This document shows positions 47,593 through 61,585 of a stretch of 64,000 bases of DNA, piece after piece. Position numbers and translations under genes: made by a program. Below the pieces are notes generated by a model. The model was not told the origin of the DNA. It saw nothing but the letters and a program-made list of their open reading frames with translations, and made no database searches. The stretch's first letter is position 1; every line of letters starts with the position of its first letter. This DNA comes from Patellaria atrata CBS 101060 (lineage: Eukaryota): positions 1,329,817 through 1,393,816 of the forward strand of contig MU006090.1 in NCBI GenBank assembly GCA_010093705.1, written 5' to 3'.

Positions 47593-50325
47593 ATGCCTCA
47601 CCGCGCCGCCTCTCCTGCCGAATCGGAGAACGAGTTTGATATAGGAAACGTTATATTCACAGAGGGAGCTACAACTCAGAGCGAAGACGCTAAAGCAAGG
47701 GATATACAGTCGTTTGATTTTTCGATTGAGCCTGTAGGTGATGAAGATGGAGATAGCGGCGATGAAGCTTTCATTGCCGCTCGCCAGGCTGCGTCGAATC
47801 GCAAAACTTCGAACCTGAGGGGAAAGATAGGCAAGAAAGGTGGAGGTTTTCAGTCTATGGGGCTTAATCCGGCCCTTCAAAAGGCGATTACAAGAAAAGG
47901 TTTCACTGTCCCTACCCCGATACAACGAAAGACAATACCCTTGATCTTGGACAACCAAGACGTTGTCGGAATGGCTAGGACAGGTTCGGGCAAAACTGCT
48001 GCGTTCGTAATCCCAATGGTAGAGAAACTGAAGAGCCATAGTGCAAAAGTTGGAGCAAGGGGTGTGATCATGTCACCCTCTAGAGAATTGGCACTGCAGA
48101 CACTGACTGTGGTAAAAGAGCTGAGCCGTGGAACTGACTTGCGTGTCGTTCTACTTGTGGGCGGCGAGGGTCTCGAGGAGCAATTTGCCTCTGTGGCTTC
48201 CAACCCGGATATAATCATTGCTACTCCTGGCAGGTTTTTACATTTAAAGGTAGAAATGGGACTTGATCTATCCTCCGTAAAATATATTGTATTCGACGAA
48301 GCCGACCGCTTATTCGAGATGGGGTTTGCTGTACAGCTGACCGAACTATTATATTCTCTTCCTACATCACGCCAGACTTTACTGTTCTCCGCTACCTTAC
48401 CAAAATCTCTAGTTGAATTCGCAAGAGCAGGACTGCAAGAACCCAAACTTGTTCGCCTAGATTCCGAGAGCAAGATTTCCCCGGAGTTGCAGAGCGCTTT
48501 TTTCACAATCAAGAGCTCTGAGAAAGAAGGTGCATTACTCCATATTATACAAGACATCATCAAGATCCCAGCAGGGCCTACTGTTCAAAGCCTCCAACTG
48601 AAGGACCGGCCGGCTGGAAGTAAGAAGCGAAAGCGTGAAACTGCGCGTTCTAGCGTAACAGAATGCCCGACAGAGTATTCAACTATCATATTTACGGCCA
48701 CAAAGCACCATGTGGAGTATCTCGCAGCCCTTCTTCGATCATCTGGATATACTGTTTCTCATGTCTACGGGGCACTTGATCAAGCAGCGCGCAAAATGCA
48801 GGTTCAGGACTTTCGAAGTGGTCTGTCACACATACTTGTAGTGACAGATGTTGCTGCTCGTGGCATCGACATACCTGTGCTTGCCAACGTTATAAACTAC
48901 GATTTCCCATCACAGCCGAAGGTCTTTGTGCACCGGGTTGGGCGAACGGCTAGGGCGGGGAAGACTGGCTGGAGCTATAGCTTGATTAGAGACTCAGATA
49001 CACCCTACCTTCTAGATCTTCAACTGTTTCTAAGTAGAAGATTGGTACTCGGTAGGATCGCTGAATCCACCAGTTTCTCTGAAGATGTCATTGTAGGAAA
49101 TATGCCCAGAGACAAGCTCGAGAGCAGTTGCGAGTTGGTTAACAACCTGCTGGGCCACGATATCGATTTAGTCAATCTCCGGACCGTAGCGCAAAAGGGA
49201 GAAAAACTGTACGTAAGGACTCGAAATGCAGCATCAACTGAGAGTTGTAAACGGGCCAAGGAGGTATTTTCCGCTGAGAATGCTGCCGGGCTTAATATGC
49301 TCTTTAGGAACGAGGTTCATGAAATAGAGAGCGAAAGGGAGAGGATGCTTGCTCGGTTAAGTGGCTTCAGACCTCAGGAAACCGTTTTTGAGATCGGCAA
49401 ACGGGGATATAATAACGAGGCCGGAGAGATCATGCGCAAAAGAAGGGAGAAGATTGAATCTCAAAAGCGCCCCACTGCGAAGGTGTCAGCATCTAGTACC
49501 GGGATGCTCGACCAAGACGCACTCCCAAACGGGTCGTCCCCATCCGAAAAGGATGACTCTGATATTCAGTCGTATGCAGGCTTAGACGACGAGCTTTCGG
49601 CCTCCGACGAGGAATTAGAGATAACATTCTCGCAACCTACAAAATCTGACAAATCAGGAGGCGATTCATGGAAGGATTCCGCGTTGTTCATGTCCTACAC
49701 ACCTCAAACATCTAATCTAGTAGAAGATCGAGCGTATGGAGTACAGTCCGGGTCGTACAACACTGCTCATCATAGTTTGGGATTTGTTGAGGCTGCTCGT
49801 GGTGCAACTATGGATCTCAACCAAGATGAAGCTCGAGGCTTTGCGGAACCCAGCAAAGCCCGAGGGATGCGGTGGGACAAGAAAAGCAAGAAATATGTCG
49901 CAAGGGCAAATGATGAAGATGGTTCACGAGGCGTCAAAATGGTACGTGGCGAAAGTGGGCTGAAGATTGCGGCAGGCTTCCGAAGCGGCCGCTTTGACGC
50001 GTGGCGTAGGTCGAACAAAATCGATCGACTGCCGCGAACCGGTGAAGCAGAGCTCTCGAAAAGTTTCCATAACGGCAACAATCAGTTTGGGAAGCGCTTC
50101 AAGCACAAGGCGGAGAGAGCACCAAAGGACGCCGACAGATACCGTGATGACTTTCACGTTCAGAAAAAGCGTGTCGCAGAGGCCAAAGAAAAACGTATTG
50201 GCAAATTCAAAGATGGTACTGGGAAGAGTGAATTGAAAGGCGTTCACGACGTGCGAAAGGCAAGGCAATTGAAGGAGAAGAGGAGAGAAAAGAACGCCAG
50301 ACCACCGAAGAGGAGTCGGATATGA
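47593..50325 (+). CDS. DBP10: DEAD-box RNA helicase Dbp10
   Basis: [37 protein letters not shown], and DBP10 C-terminal WDKKSKKYV...GESG.KI. Confidence 0.96.
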   Translation: MPHRAASPAESENEFDIGNVIFTEGATTQSEDAKARDIQSFDFSIEPVGDEDGDSGDEAFIAARQAASNRKTSNLRGKIGKKGGGFQSMGLNPALQKAITRKGFTVPTPIQRKTIPLILDNQDVVGMARTGSGKTAAFVIPMVEKLKSHSAKVGARGVIMSPSRELALQTLTVVKELSRGTDLRVVLLVGGEGLEEQFASVASNPDIIIATPGRFLHLKVEMGLDLSSVKYIVFDEADRLFEMGFAVQLTELLYSLPTSRQTLLFSATLPKSLVEFARAGLQEPKLVRLDSESKISPELQSAFFTIKSSEKEGALLHIIQDIIKIPAGPTVQSLQLKDRPAGSKKRKRETARSSVTECPTEYSTIIFTATKHHVEYLAALLRSSGYTVSHVYGALDQAARKMQVQDFRSGLSHILVVTDVAARGIDIPVLANVINYDFPSQPKVFVHRVGRTARAGKTGWSYSLIRDSDTPYLLDLQLFLSRRLVLGRIAESTSFSEDVIVGNMPRDKLESSCELVNNLLGHDIDLVNLRTVAQKGEKLYVRTRNAASTESCKRAKEVFSAENAAGLNMLFRNEVHEIESERERMLARLSGFRPQETVFEIGKRGYNNEAGEIMRKRREKIESQKRPTAKVSASSTGMLDQDALPNGSSPSEKDDSDIQSYAGLDDELSASDEELEITFSQPTKSDKSGGDSWKDSALFMSYTPQTSNLVEDRAYGVQSGSYNTAHHSLGFVEAARGATMDLNQDEARGFAEPSKARGMRWDKKSKKYVARANDEDGSRGVKMVRGESGLKIAAGFRSGRFDAWRRSNKIDRLPRTGEAELSKSFHNGNNQFGKRFKHKAERAPKDADRYRDDFHVQKKRVAEAKEKRIGKFKDGTGKSELKGVHDVRKARQLKEKRREKNARPPKRSRI

Positions 50326-53300
50326 CTTGGTAGCAATCCATAACTAGCTACAATCCAAATACTGTATGATATCAATTCGAAAGACTCAATGAATAGTTGA
50401 GACCGGCCGTTGTCTGATTTCTGATCGGTACTCATTGCTTCAAGTTGCTTATTATTGTCCGCCGGTCAACAGAAGCATATAAGAGCGTTGAACCTATGCC
50501 TTAAGGAATGGTCCGGAGCTACTGTATCCTTCCACACTCCACGGAGGTTTATGTCTTCAAGTAAGCGTGGTTCACGTGTTATATTATCCCCTCCTTTATC
50601 CCGCGCTACTGCACGACAACATGCGTATGTCTCGAGCGGTACGGAGTACATGAGCACGAATTTGACCTGCCATGGAATTTTCGACTCGGTTACACCCCAA
50701 TCCACTAACCGAGCGCTTTTCTCAAATATCCATAACGATATCAATCCCCTCGCCGATACAAAGACGCCTGAGAACGCCGAACTTTGAACTTTGGTCGATT
50801 CGCGAGGTAGGTCGGGAATATAACTGACATGGCCTATGGGCGCTTCAAGCCACCAACGCAACATGTCGAGTCTGGGGTATTCCCAATGCGTCACTTCGCT
50901 TATGGAAAAGGATCCTCTTCTGTATGGAGTAGGTTCCCTGGATCAATCCATGTAACAAGCGCTACCTTCTCTCTTTTAGGGGTGCAGCTGACATTCTTTT
51001 AGATGAGTTTGTGGGAACCCGGAACATAAGAACAGGTGTAAGCCTGCTTAGCGTCTTAGATACACCCGAGATCGTGGACCAATATATAGCGAAAAGGACT
51101 CCCGGCCGGGGAGCCTGCGAGCACGCATCGATTTATACATTAATCTCTCAGCGTGATACGAGCTTTGTGCTGCGGGGTACAGAGAGGGAATCCAATCTAG
51201 TGGGTACTAAAGATACCTCAGGAGCTGCGTGACACTTGAACTCCACTACTGCCTTTTGCAAATATTTTTTTATTTATTTATTTTTCATCATGGACGGCCT
51301 CGTTTAACTGATCGCGTCCGCGGTACCAACTGGGTGGGCTCTTTATTTGGAAACAGCAGGGATAGATTTTCAGCAGAGATACGCGAGTTAAGCCGTTGAG
51401 TAGAGGTAATCTTATTTGGTATGTGATCTACGCCGTCAGTCAAACCCATCTTCTTCGATCCCTCTCGGTCTCGTTCCAGCTTCATCTCCGCTTTCCAAAT
51501 CTTGCTGCCACGCTTGCTTCCCATGCTCCCTTGAAACAAAGAAATCTAAGGTCGGCGACTACCGAGCAACTTCGGTGAGACTGGCCCGTGCCTGATACCG
51601 TGATATGCGCTCACCCAGGCCTAACTCCTAAGGCGAATTGGCCAAGTCCCAGGAACAAGGTTATGGGAGAGCCCCGAGAACCGTTGGAGTTCGCCCAGCC
51701 GTGCCAGTCCTCCGTGGGGAGTCAAAAAAATGCCCGGGTGCCAGGTCGGGAGACGGTGGTGTCGACTAAGGACCACATTCAAAACCATGATCCTAATTGC
51801 ACGCACAGCATGGTTTGCACTACTACTGGTAAGTCTGGTAGGCTTCTTGACAGATGGGAAGCCGCCCGTTCGGCACCCGCGCTAAAGACCAGACTTGGCT
51901 ACGGCATGAATATTGTCAATATATTCGGAGGATTTGCAATTACCGGCCACTGCATCGAGTGCTCTCGCGTGCTTTCGCGAGCCCTGAGATCCTTGGGAAA
52001 GAACCGTAGTAAGACCGATGTCGAGCGAATTTATACCTTATTCTCGTGACTACTACTGCAGTACTGCTCGGCTTTCAGAGTTCAGACAGGGACAGACTTG
52101 GGGAGCCAAGGGCGTCAGTGTGGTCGTTTAAAGCTTACGGGCGGAACAAGCAGATGAGCCGTGAGCGAAACGCCATTGTATCCGCTACTAAACCTGTCTA
52201 GAGACTCGTGGAGACCTTGTCGTCGAAATTGTCGTAGCTTCGAGGGAAGCCGACAAAACCCTGTAAATCGGCGACTTAACAGCCTTTTCCACCTTCAACC
52301 TTCCCGCTTTCTGACCACCAAGTGTCACAGCAAAGTCGCACCGGTCCTGTAAGTTAATCTTCTGGTTCCTCGTTTAGGCTGCAATGTCTATACTCCCCGG
52401 TCTCCACGATGTCGTGTACGCCATATTCTCCTTTAGAGCGTACGTACCAACATCATGGGTTCGATGCACTATGCAAATGCAAGCGAACGCGTGCTTCCCC
52501 GCGGTTGGGTAAAGACTCCCTCCTCGCATAACCGTGCTACCTGAATGTTGGGAACAACCCATCGCAAGAAGAGCTGCTAAATAGAACCGTAGCGTCTTAT
52601 CATCCTCTACCTCCTTCCGCAAGTATCAGCAGGCATCGCTTGGATACCATCCCGCGCTTCCGTAACGGGTCTTTCTCGACAGTTTGAGGATTGACAACGA
52701 TGCACGAGGAATTGAGGAGCTGGACAAGATGCCTCAGTTACCAATTTTAGGTTTTGACGCTTCATACCGCGGATGATCCACTACTATACTCTCTTTGTCA
52801 AGCTCATAAGCAAGACTTACCATTACGTGCATCGTATCTTTCATATAGACATCATATAGAATCAGCCAAAGTACAAGGTTGGAAATGAGTTCAAAAGTAC
52901 GGTACCACGAACGGCTGTATTGAAGAAGCTTTCCGCCAATGGCTTCCTCAAGAGAAACTTATGGGATTAGGAGGCTTCAAATACACTTTCTCCGAAGCAA
53001 GTTTTCGGAAAATTCGTGCTGATCATTTACGGACGCTATTTTTGCTTGTTATAATATGGATAGCAACTTATTAGTAAGAACAGTATTTCTACGGTATCAC
53101 TGGTATGCTATAATAATGTTGTTAGTCCTAGCGGAGCTTTGCGGCTGAGGTGGTCCTGTCCAGTATCCAGGCGAAGTAGAACTACCTTACTGTAGTAATA
53201 GTTAAGGTAGTGATGCGACTACCTGACGATGTTATCGAACACGCCATTCTGCTAAAGGATTTTCAGCAACAAGAGCGGAAGCGGTTCAGGTCCAGGTAGG

Positions 53301-55346
53301 GTAAGCGGCTGGGATCTCCCACCATTTTCCATTGAAAGTGAAAATAACCGGGATTCTATCTATTACCTTCTATTACGACAAGCCTTTCGGGTCTTTCATA
53401 ACATCCTGTACGACAAGATAGCTTAATGCGGGTCCTTTACCATACCTTACCTGCTGTAGTTCAGAGTTCAGAGGAGGTGAATCTGCTCCGAGGTGACAGG
53501 CGCGTTTTTATCCGGTGCCTCACACCCACTCATTTTTATAACGTTATTTCCCGGTCCAGCTACGCCAGCAGGCCAGCAGAGGGCCCCGATCTGCGAGTTT
53601 CGCAGCTTTGGACTCAGGCTAGCATGGGAGACAACATTTATGGTGTTGCCGCTGCATACTTTCCATGTGGCTTTATAAAAATCCTGGGACAAATTGAATG
53701 CGTCGGGCATTGCACATCCGTCTCATGTCTGTGGTAGTAGGTGGTGGTAAAGTCGCCGTATGAAACTAAACATGCGGCTGTTGCCGCTAGGTACGGGTAC
53801 ATTTAATTTGGATTTTTATAGGTCAGGCACTATCTTCTTCAATTTTTCTGGATATATCAAAGCTACCAAACCAATTGGACTAGATGTCTCCCATGTTCCC
53901 CATTCGGTCATTCAGCAAAACTAGCGGTGGCTAGTGCAGTCGTTACTTTGCGCCTCCAAGGAGGTGGCGAGCGGCGGAAAACAGTTGGGAGTCTTGGGAC
54001 TCACTCTGAGGAGCAGATGATGAAGATCGTTCCATGGTGGCTGAACGGGCTCTTGATTCTCAACTGACAGTGAGCGTCTGGGCTTGAGCCTTTTGCTATG
54101 AGCATCTGGTTAGAGGTGAGAACCTGCATCAAGTCATCAACATTCCGCCAGTCAGCGCGCTCCAAATAATACGAAATGATCCAAGAGCCTTACTGTCTTG
54201 TCTGGAAAAGCCACATTCGCCATTCCAGCTTCAGACGTTCTAATTCGTCCCTATCGGGGGGCGACCCGGGCGATCAAAAGCAAAAGGCGCAGGATGGCCT
54301 CGAGGGAAAGTCGAGTCTACCAGCAAGCTGATTGGCATATCGTAGGTAACCGTGCTCGCATCCTCACGAAGAGTTTCTACGGCGTGGCCTGTTTCCCTAC
54401 CCTATGGCTAGGGCTATCGAATAATAATGGGGAATTGAACCAGTTTGACAAGCCTTCTCTTTTCTCTACGGTGAGCCACCATCAAACATCATCCCAACAT
54501 GCTGGCATCCGTGCTTAGTCTGTCTGGACTAAGGTAGTTTAGGAAGTGTGAGAAACTGGACAGTACCGTAGTCACAGTACTGTAGGAACGATCAGCCGAA
54601 CGAAGCTCAAGCTTGTAAGCGTCCTTTTTCTCGCCGCTATACTACAACCGATGCAAGCAAAGTGGCTCTCTGCTATGGCTGTCATCCATCTGCGGGTTCG
54701 ACATGGGTCCTTCAAGGGAGATCTGTGGTCCCGCAAAGCATTTCCTTCCCGGTTCTTCTTAATTAGTGGTTGATATCCTCCCGCGCTGGGACCTGTGTTC
54801 AATTATTGTCATCTTTTCTCCACATGTCGCGTAGCACCCAGCACCCAGCATCCAGGCTCTACTACTGACTGCCTAACATGAAGTATCAAGCGTACTCCTT
54901 GTGAAGAGATTTACTCTGCTATACTTTGAATCGATGCCATCGTTGTAGCCGGTCAGGCTACTGTCTGTCTCTACTGGTGCCAGATTCGGTCTGCTGAGAA
55001 GCTTGAGATACGTTCCCTTACAAGTCTTGCACTAATACATGGTAAGAACGCCCACATGACCCTCTCCCCGAACCTCTCTATCAACTTATTTTCGGAATAC
55101 CTTTGTATTCCATCTATGTTTCCCGTAACTCTAAAATATCATACTGCCACATGAACGCATTCTCTCTTTTTGGACTCTCGCTCATGGTTCTTAGGAAGAG
55201 TTATGATTGCTACTTAACTCAAATACTTTCAAAGGATCTGTATGCAATCATAAGGCCTCCGTATGTGGTATTATCTTGGGTTACCGTTGTCTTGGGGCTT
55301 GATTGCGTGTTGCTGTTGAGTCTACGAGTTCGACTTGCGGGAAGCT

Positions 55347-57399
55347 ATGCATATACGGGCTCAGCATCCACCTCCCCAATTTCCCTATTCACCCGCCTGG
55401 ACACAGAAAGAGCTTTGTTCAGCGCCGATTAGTCTCCCAGAGCCGTCAAGGACGTCACAAGCTCAGCTACGGAGCTTTCCCTCCCCTCCCATGTCAGATT
55501 CTCTATCTCCCCGGCAAGCAGCCCAAAGACAAGAAGTGGAAGAATCCAGGAGATCTTCACGAAGCGGAGTCAATGAACTGCGAGAACCGTTTTTGAGAGA
55601 ATCTGCCGCTACTACATCATCTCCCGTTTCCACATTGACTCCAATAGGAACCCTCCAGCGAGAGTTCCACCATCATCATACAAGAAATCCACCTCGGCCA
55701 GCAGTAACCGGGCGTCGAGATATCCCTTTCTCGAGTGCAAATGTACCATCGCCGACTATGAATGCAACTATTGCGCCTGGGATCCCTTATGGTTATCATA
55801 GCGCGGTGCCAACTTACCTTGGAGCGCCGTCCTCGGGTCCCCAAGCTCAGCCGACGGGGTTTGCAACGCCAACATCATATGCACAAGAAGTCAGTAGGCC
55901 TGCACGAAGGACGAAAGCTCATGTAGCTTCTGCTTGTATTAATTGCAAACGTGCGCATTTGAGTTGTGATGTTCGAAGACCATGCACTCGATGTCTTGCT
56001 GCTGGAAAACAGGTATCTCTCCATCACCTCATAGTCATTTTCAGTCATCGACATTGTAAATAAGCTAACTAATATATGTAAGGACACCTGCTATGATGTT
56101 CAACATAAAAAGCGCGGGCGGCCGAGACTCCGTGACGAGAACAGAGGCGAGGGTTTCGGGGAATTTAAAACCCCTCAAAATTCCATACTTCCAACTTCCA
56201 CACCTGCTCTCGCGCCATCGACATCTCCCACACAGCTTGTAGCCGACTTATCCCGTACTGCGGGTATTCGGAGCTCTGACAGAGAACGGCATATAGAATC
56301 ACCGTCGTTAAGAAAAGAATCGCAACCCACTTCCTCAAGAGCCCCGCTCCAGCTTACGCCCATCAAAACTCCTTCTATTGAGTCTACACGTTCCACAATT
56401 ATCTTTCTTAACTTGGACCTGGTGATTTTGAGATGGAGTCCTGCGTTGACTACCCTACTCCGCCTTGATCGGAGGATCGGTCGAGATAAGAATCTTGGCG
56501 ATTTAATTGATGAGCAACATAGGGAATCATTACAAATTCTCCGTAATGACCTTCGTGAAGAGAGAGACCGTAAAGAACCTTCGTATATGGCGCCGATATT
56601 TGGGCCGAACGAAGAGGAGGCTGTTCGATCTATTGATGAGGAGGCAATAGCTGAGATTACGGATGGCTTTCAAGTTCGGGATCATTCATGGACCTTTCGG
56701 CTAGCCAGTGGACATGCCCAAGTAATACGAGTAAGAGTACGGCTTGCAAAAACCAAAATATATTTCGTAACTCTGGCGCTGCCTCCATTGGACCAACTCA
56801 ACTTCCCGGGGGATGTTCTTCCTCCGTATTCAGCCCCAGCTCAAACATCAAGCGTCCAATCGAAGTTCGGACCAGTGCAGTCACCTTCAGACCCTCGAAG
56901 TCTACCACCTCGTTTAACGTCTCCGCAGTTCTCCTCAGCGCCATCCTCTCCGTATTATGTCTATCATGCAATTCCTCCGACATTACCACCTTCGAATTCC
57001 AGCTTTGCGCAAACCCCGAGGAAAGAACACAGCGTGTTCACTCCTTATCCACCTCCACCGCCACATCTAACTCCACCGCCCCTTCCAACAACAGTTTCTC
57101 TCCCTTCGTATGCACCAATCCCTCGACCTCATTCTGCCACATCTGAATCTGTCGCGCGTAACCGTTCTCTGCCCGACCCTTTCCCATCGGAGCAGCGTGA
57201 ACGGCTCCATCTACCACCCTTAATACGGGAATCAGCGCCCTCACTTCTCCTACAAGCGCCTACAGATCCAGCTCCCGTGAGAACATCGCGGGTTCGTCGG
57301 AGAGAGGTAACTCCGGAAAACAATAATGGCAATACAGCTCCAGAGCCACCGGACAGTCGAAAAAGACGGCGACTAAATATTCATGAGGTCCTAGAGTAG
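55347..57399 (+). CDS. Zn(II)2Cys6 transcription factor
   Basis: HVASACINCKRAHLSCDVRRPCTRCLAAGKQ|DTCYDVQHKKRGRPRLR across intron 56013-56082. Start codon uncertain. Confidence 0.88.
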
Positions 57400-58137
57400 T
57401 GTATTGCATTATCAAAGGATTATAAGCTCTATCTTGTAATTCCTTTTCTTCCGAGCCGGCCTCACGTCTTTTACTGAAAATGCGGTACGAATGACTATTA
57501 TGTTACATGTCCTTTGCTTCTTCCTAATAATTTTGCATCAGTAAAACATCATTGTTTGAGGAGCATCTGTCGTTTCAGAGATCCCAGTATTCTTTTCGTA
57601 CATATACTTTAGATATATTGTTTAGCTATGCATTAGTAGCGCATATATAGGGGCGTTTGCGCGGACATATTTGACGTTTGGCTCGATCAGAAGACCAAGT
57701 CAGAATATAGAGAGCAGTTGAATAAAAATTGGACCACGGCGGACAGCAATCGTTTAGCGTACAAAAGCAGGAGGGCAAGGAACGCGTATCTGCATGGATA
57801 TGGTCACTTTTACCCATAAAATACTTCAAGATATGTCTATGGAGCATTTAGCAATTCTTGTACAGTACATAATGCCGGAACTGCGCCGATCGAATACAAA
57901 AACGGCCTTTGGCCATCTATTAATCGTTAGTTGCATACCTGACTTGAGGTCAACATTACATTTATTAGTCTGTCCTCCACTCTGCCAGTTTGCATGATAT
58001 CTTCCAAAGACGGCTCTAATAGAGATAAATAGTCATATCCCTGAATTTAGATGAGCTTATCGCTCCAGCCCAACCCTAAGCACCTATGCTGACACCTGTC
58101 CTTAACTCCGAGACGTCAGACCAGGTCCGCTCCGCGC

Positions 58138-58851
58138 TCATCCCAGCACCTTTAACTTCTTCTTTTTCTTTTTCTCCCCTCCCTCCGTGGCGGTAGGCTT
58201 CCCTCCCTTCTGAAAATCTCTCCAACTCCCAATCCGCTTTTCCCTCGTGTCCTCCCATGCCTTTTCATGATCCCTCTTCCGCTTCCTCTCCTCTATCTCC
58301 GCATCTTCTTTCCTCTGTTGGCGCCCCTCCTCCTGCATCTGTGCCTTCAACTGCCTCTGCCGCCTCGCCTCATTATCAATCAATACCGCCTTCGTCTTCT
58401 CCCTCCACATCACTTTAAAGCTCTCATCTCTCACCTCTGGGGAATCTGGGGTCCATTTGTGCTCGCGCATTAGTAGCATGCGCGCGTCTGAGATTGCTTC
58501 GTCGAGCTTAGCGCGCCGCTTTTCGTCCATTAACTCTGATTCGGCTTTTTTGAGGCGGTCGAAGGCTTCGGGCGCCCGGGCGTTACTGGTCTTGTCAGGA
58601 TGAATTAGCAGAGACTTTTTGCGGTAGTGCAGTTTTATGTCGGAATCAGGGCAGCCGGGGAGGAGATCGAGAACGGCGTAGGAGTCGAGCCGGAAGGCGG
58701 AGAGGATGCGCTCGATTTCCTTGTCCTGCACAGAAGGGTTAGTAGGTGGTAATGGGGGCAAGGTTTGGGGGTGGAATTGTACCTTATCATACTCTTTGGC
58801 TTCTTTTTCAAGGGCATCGAGGGCGTCAAACGCATCTTTCTCGTCTTCCAT
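58138..58851 (-). CDS. J-domain co-chaperone, DNAJC8/Spf31-like
   Basis: YRKKSLLIHPDK J motif, WEDTREKRIGSWRDFQ. Intron at ~58726-58782. Confidence 0.92.
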   Translation of the reverse strand: MEDEKDAFDALDALEKEAKEYDKVQFHPQTLPPLPPTNPSVQDKEIERILSAFRLDSYAVLDLLPGCPDSDIKLHYRKKSLLIHPDKTSNARAPEAFDRLKKAESELMDEKRRAKLDEAISDARMLLMREHKWTPDSPEVRDESFKVMWREKTKAVLIDNEARRQRQLKAQMQEEGRQQRKEDAEIEERKRKRDHEKAWEDTREKRIGSWRDFQKGGKPTATEGGEKKKKKKLKVLG

Positions 58852-58940
58852 GGTCGCGTAGAATATGAGGTTGATTCAGCAGAAATGTTGTGGTACTGGA
58901 GAAAGGAAGTGAGGTGCTACAGACGTTAGATAGCCGTCAT

Positions 58941-58952
58941 CTTATCGATAAG
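58941..58952. promoter_or_regulatory. Perfect palindrome CTTATCGATAAG in a short divergent promoter
   Basis: 12-bp palindrome with two GATA cores between the J-protein and DBP4 starts. Confidence 0.45.
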
Positions 58953-59082
58953 GCTGTAGGCGGTGAGACACAAATACTGCCAAGATTTCATCGTTTATCA
59001 GCTTAAGATTTTTCGATACTCAGTCTCTTCGATTCTCAGGGGCGATAACACTGAGCTTTTATGGCTTAAAATAATACATATT

Positions 59083-61585
59083 ATGGCACCGTATGCCACA
59101 GGTCGTGCTCGAAGTATCAAAGCGAAGGATCACGAGAGACTTCAAAAGCGGAAACGTGATAATGTTGATATCGAAAAGCTAGAGCAGGATGTCGCACAAC
59201 TGGTAAGACATCTTGCAGCTACATGTACCTTAATCTAACATACCCAAGGACTCAAAGAATGCCGAATTCAAAAATTTCTCCTCTCTTCCCCTCTCTGAAC
59301 CAACTCGCGCTGGACTAAAAGCAAACCACTTCACAACCCTCACCGACATCCAAGCAAAAGCAATTCCCCTTGCTCTAAAAGGTTCAGATATCCTCGGCGC
59401 CGCAAAAACAGGTAGCGGGAAGACCCTCGCATTTCTCATACCGGTGCTAGAGAACTTATACCGTGCGCAATGCGTTGGCTCAGATGCCGGCCTCGGAGCC
59501 ATGATCATCTCCCCAACCCGTGAACTCGCCATACAGATCTTTGAGGTGTTGAGGAGCATTGGTGGGAAGGGACATCTCTTTGCCGCTGGCCTCATTATCG
59601 GTGGGAAGAGCTTGGAAGTTGAGCGTCAGGCGTTGACGAGGATGAATATTGTCGTCTGTACCCCTGGCCGGATATTACAGCATTTATCTCAAACCGCACT
59701 GTTCAATGTGGACGGCCTAAAGATGCTTGTACTGGATGAGGCAGATCGTATCTTGGATATGGGGTTCCAAAGAGACGTCGATGCGATCATTGAGTACCTT
59801 CCCCCTGAACGACAGACGCTACTCTTCAGCGCCACTCAGACCAAGCGAGTTTCCGACCTGGCGAGACTGAGTCTTCAAGATCCAGAGTACGTTTCAGTGC
59901 ATGAGGCAGCTGCAACAGCGACGCCGAAAGGGTTGCAGCAGAATTATACGATTACCTCTTTACCAGATAAACTGGACACCCTGTGGAGTTTTATTCAAGC
60001 GAGCAAAAAGTCTAAGATACTAGTCTTCCTGTCATCTGGTAAGCAGGTGCGCTTTGTCTACGAGAGCTTTCGGCACATGCAGCCCGGTATCCCCCTTTTA
60101 CATCTCCACGGAAGGCAGAAGCAGACAGCACGGCTGAATATAACCTCTAAATTTTCCACGGCAAAGACGTCGTGTCTTTTTGCTACGGACGTAGTTGCTC
60201 GTGGTTTGGATTTTCCTGCTGTAGATTGGGTTGTCCAGGTCGATTGCCCAGAAGATGCAGATACTTACATCCACCGCGTGGGTAGAACCGCACGATACGA
60301 ACGAGATGGGCGTGCAGTCTTGCTTCTTGACCCCAGTGAAGAGGAAGGCATGCTAAAAAGATTAGAACAGAAGAAAGTTCCAATCGAACGAATCAACGTA
60401 CGAGCGAAGAAGCAACAAAGTATCAAGAATCAGTTACAGAACATGTGTTTCAAAGATCCCCAACTGAAATATCTTGGGCAAAAAGCTTTCATATCCTATG
60501 TACGATCGATATATCTACAGAAGGACAAGGAAATATTCAACCTTGAAAAATTACCACTAGAAGAGTTTGCCAGTAGCTTGGGACTTCCTGGTGCTCCCCG
60601 CATCAAATTCATTAAAGGGGAGGATGTCAAAGCGCGGAAGAACGCGCCAAGACAGAACTTCTCGTCATCAGACGACGAAGATGATAGTGATGCGACGAGC
60701 GCCACGAACGGAAAATCTAAGACTACCAAACAAGAAGTGCGGACGAAATATGACCGCATGTTCGAGCGTCAAAACCAGGACGTTCTTGCTCCTCATTACG
60801 CACGTGTTCGTGATGAAGGACCTATTGTACAAGAGGTTGATGAAGACAATTTAGATAGCTTGAACGGTTCTCTAGATGACGATGATGACCTTATGACAGT
60901 CAAAAGACGGATACCGGTGGAAGGTGAACCCGAAGGCGAAAGTGGAGAACCCGAAGCATCAGGGAAACGTTTGGTCACAATCTCAGGGGCGAAGAATCCT
61001 ATACTTATTGATTCAAAGCATCGTGAAAAGCTACTCAAATCCAAGAAAAAGCTTCTCAAATTCAAGGAAAAAGGTACTAAGCTCATCTTTGACGACGAAG
61101 GAGAAGCCCACCCGATCTATGAACTTGAAGATGAGGAAGCATTCAGAAAGAAGGGAGCAGCAGAAGAGCAGAGGAGAAGATTCTTGGAGAGCGAAACGGA
61201 GAGAGTTAGAATGGTAGATGTTGAAGACAAGGAGTTTGCGAAGGCGAAGAGGAGGGAAAAGAAGGAAAAGAAAAGGGAGAGAGAGCGAAGGGAGGCTGAT
61301 ACTAAGGCTCCAGATGATGTGCACGGAGGCGTTGCTGTCGATGGTGATGATGGGACTGCCTTAGATAACTTCCTTCAGGACGCACAGGTTAGTGATGATA
61401 GTGAGGGTCATGAGTCAAGTGATTCGGACAGACCACCTTACCCGAAACCAAAGAAATGGTTCCAGGTCGACGCGAAGGACGGAAGCAATAAGAGGAGAAA
61501 AGGCTTTGGTCCGGGAATGCATGAGGAGCCCGAGACACTGGAGGATTTGGAAGCTTTGGCCGAGGGTCTGCTTGGGAAGAAATAG
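59083..61585 (+). CDS. DBP4: DEAD-box RNA helicase Dbp4/Hca4
   Basis: [43 protein letters not shown]. Intron 59203-59248. Confidence 0.96.

Noticed and set aside
47413..48563. Long antisense ORFs over DBP10 (likewise over RTP1, the 11799 gene and MAPEG)
   Set aside because: Shadow ORFs produced by the codon bias of the real sense genes.
50326..55000. Hidden gene or transposon in the long gap after DBP10
   Set aside because: No domain-like ORF, LTR/TIR or RIP-like AT-rich block visible; most simply the regulatory region of the downstream TF.
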